Of a stretch of 64,000 nucleotides of DNA, positions 62,496 through 64,000 are shown one piece after another; positions within the stretch are counted from its first letter, which is position 1; the number at the start of each line of letters is the position of its first letter. The stretch comes from Octopus sinensis (lineage: Eukaryota). The stretch spans positions 197,036,001 through 197,100,000 of the forward strand of contig NC_042998.1 of NCBI RefSeq assembly GCF_006345805.1, in the 5' to 3' direction. Position numbers and translations under genes: made by a program. The notes under the pieces were generated by a model, which was not told the origin of the DNA, searched no databases, and saw only the letters and a list, made by a program, of their open reading frames with translations.

Positions 62496-63859
62496 TATTT
62501 CCTATTATGATATAATAGGAAAGGTTTTACACACACCCACACATTCAGATAACCACAGCAGAGACTTAGAACATAAGGATCGACTTTCATAGTGTTTAAA
62601 TTCTACGGTCATGAATGACTTACCCAAGGGACAGGAATGAATTGGCTTTGAATGAAAATTGAAACGTAAGTTCATCCAAAATTACTCAAGGCCCTGCCAT
62701 TGATTTGTATGGCGAGAGGGGAGAAAACTGAACTGAGTTTATGGTGCTTACATACAGAAGTGCATTAGAAACAAGTGATTCTTTATAACACAGTTGTGCA
62801 GGTACCAAGAATCATGTGTTGCTCTCTGGTGAGTCTCTCAACCTTTGCGATAGTCGTGGATGGCTTGACAATAGGTAGGGTGCGTGTTCTTCGGTTGATC
62901 TTCGCGGGTTTTGCTTATTACTAGGGAAAAGCGGGCGAATCTTAAGGACATTCACTTTTGTTCTAAATTTTCTGCGCCTTGTATATTTCTGTTATTGGCG
63001 ATCATTCGGCACTAGTAACATAAATGTCAACTAGAAACCCACGTGGGTTTATTTACATTTCTGAAGAAAAAAGATACCCTTCCCCCCAGCCCTAACCCTA
63101 ACCCCACAAATATAAAAAAATAAAAACTTTACGGAAAGTGACAATCTTCTTCTTCTTCAAATGTAAACAAATACACATGACGTAGATGGGACTCGTATCG
63201 AAAGAATGTCCTGTTATTGAATGTGATGGTTGGTTTACTTAATGTTCTTGAATTTGCTTGTAATAGGGGAGGACGAAGGTAAAGGATACACCCACCACCC
63301 GTTTTCGGCGGTCAGTTTTAGGTTTAGGGCTACGCCGAAAACGGGTGGTCAACGTATTCTTTACCTCCACCATAAGGGAGACAGGATTTAGTGGATGTTA
63401 CGTTAAGTTTGTTGGGAACAGGACAACATCCATTACAATATTGTACCGTTTTGAATCCAGTTCCCATGGAAGGATCTGGCATCAGCTTTGTTTGCCATCA
63501 TCCCTGACAGTTACGTTGCAGTATTGGAGAATATCCGGAAGATATGAGTGTGATGTTATGTTTGCATGAAGTTGTCTACGTGGGAAGGTCGCGAAGGGAT
63601 TGGTGTAAAAAGAGTGGGTGAGAGAATAGAGCCTTGTTGTTGTTGTTGGACATGATTCTGTAGCAGTTGTTGTTGTTGGTAAACCAATGTTATTGTTGTT
63701 ACTGTTGATTGTTGTTGCAGTGTGTATTATTAGGCAATAAACAAACACTCGTGTGTCAAGCCATAAAAAAACTGTTATTCAAATTTAACACCGGACATTG
63801 TAAAAAAGCAAAAATACTTAGATTCTACAGCCATAAACGCTATTATTGTTATCAGGATT

Positions 63860-64000
63860 GCACACACACGCACACACACACGCACGTACGCACACACACA
63901 CGCACGTACGCACACACACACGCACGTACGCACACACACACGCACGTACGCACACACACACGCACGTACGCACACACACACGCACACACACACACACGCA
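63860..64000. repeat. 20-bp compound microsatellite (CACACACACACGCACGTACG)n
   Basis: About 5 units; runs to the window edge. Confidence 0.9.

Overview
Repeat-saturated animal genomic DNA, most likely from an octopus (inferred from the SINE, RTE and Helitron families and the dense AT/AC/ATAC microsatellites). I find no host protein-coding gene, tRNA, rRNA or CRISPR array that I can support; almost every ORF in the track is a transposon remnant or a microsatellite artefact. The window is a layered transposon deposit. (1) A full-length hAT-Charlie/Buster element (40917-43257, 8-bp TSD TTCTAGAG) has a 589-codon transposase frame broken only by one TAA and sits inside an RTE LINE. (2) An internally deleted Gypsy provirus retains both LTRs (21707-25129). 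(3) A second Gypsy-type pol remnant joins protease to integrase through an open, roughly 150-aa Lys/Pro/Gln/Ala-rich linker, with no RT or RNase H (59642-61090). (4) Tigger/pogo, mariner, Tx1, CR1, R4/Dong and RTE remnants are present, with six Helitron copies and MITEs showing Merlin-, Ginger-, piggyBac- and Tc2-type end signatures. (5) There are three SINE families and a 13-copy 99-bp minisatellite. The best candidate for an undescribed system is SINE family B: it carries a Tx1-like 3' tail, tends to insert in front of GGT, and appears to re-insert into its own head to build head+(body+tail)n arrays. All family assignments come from motif recognition by eye; no database search was run.
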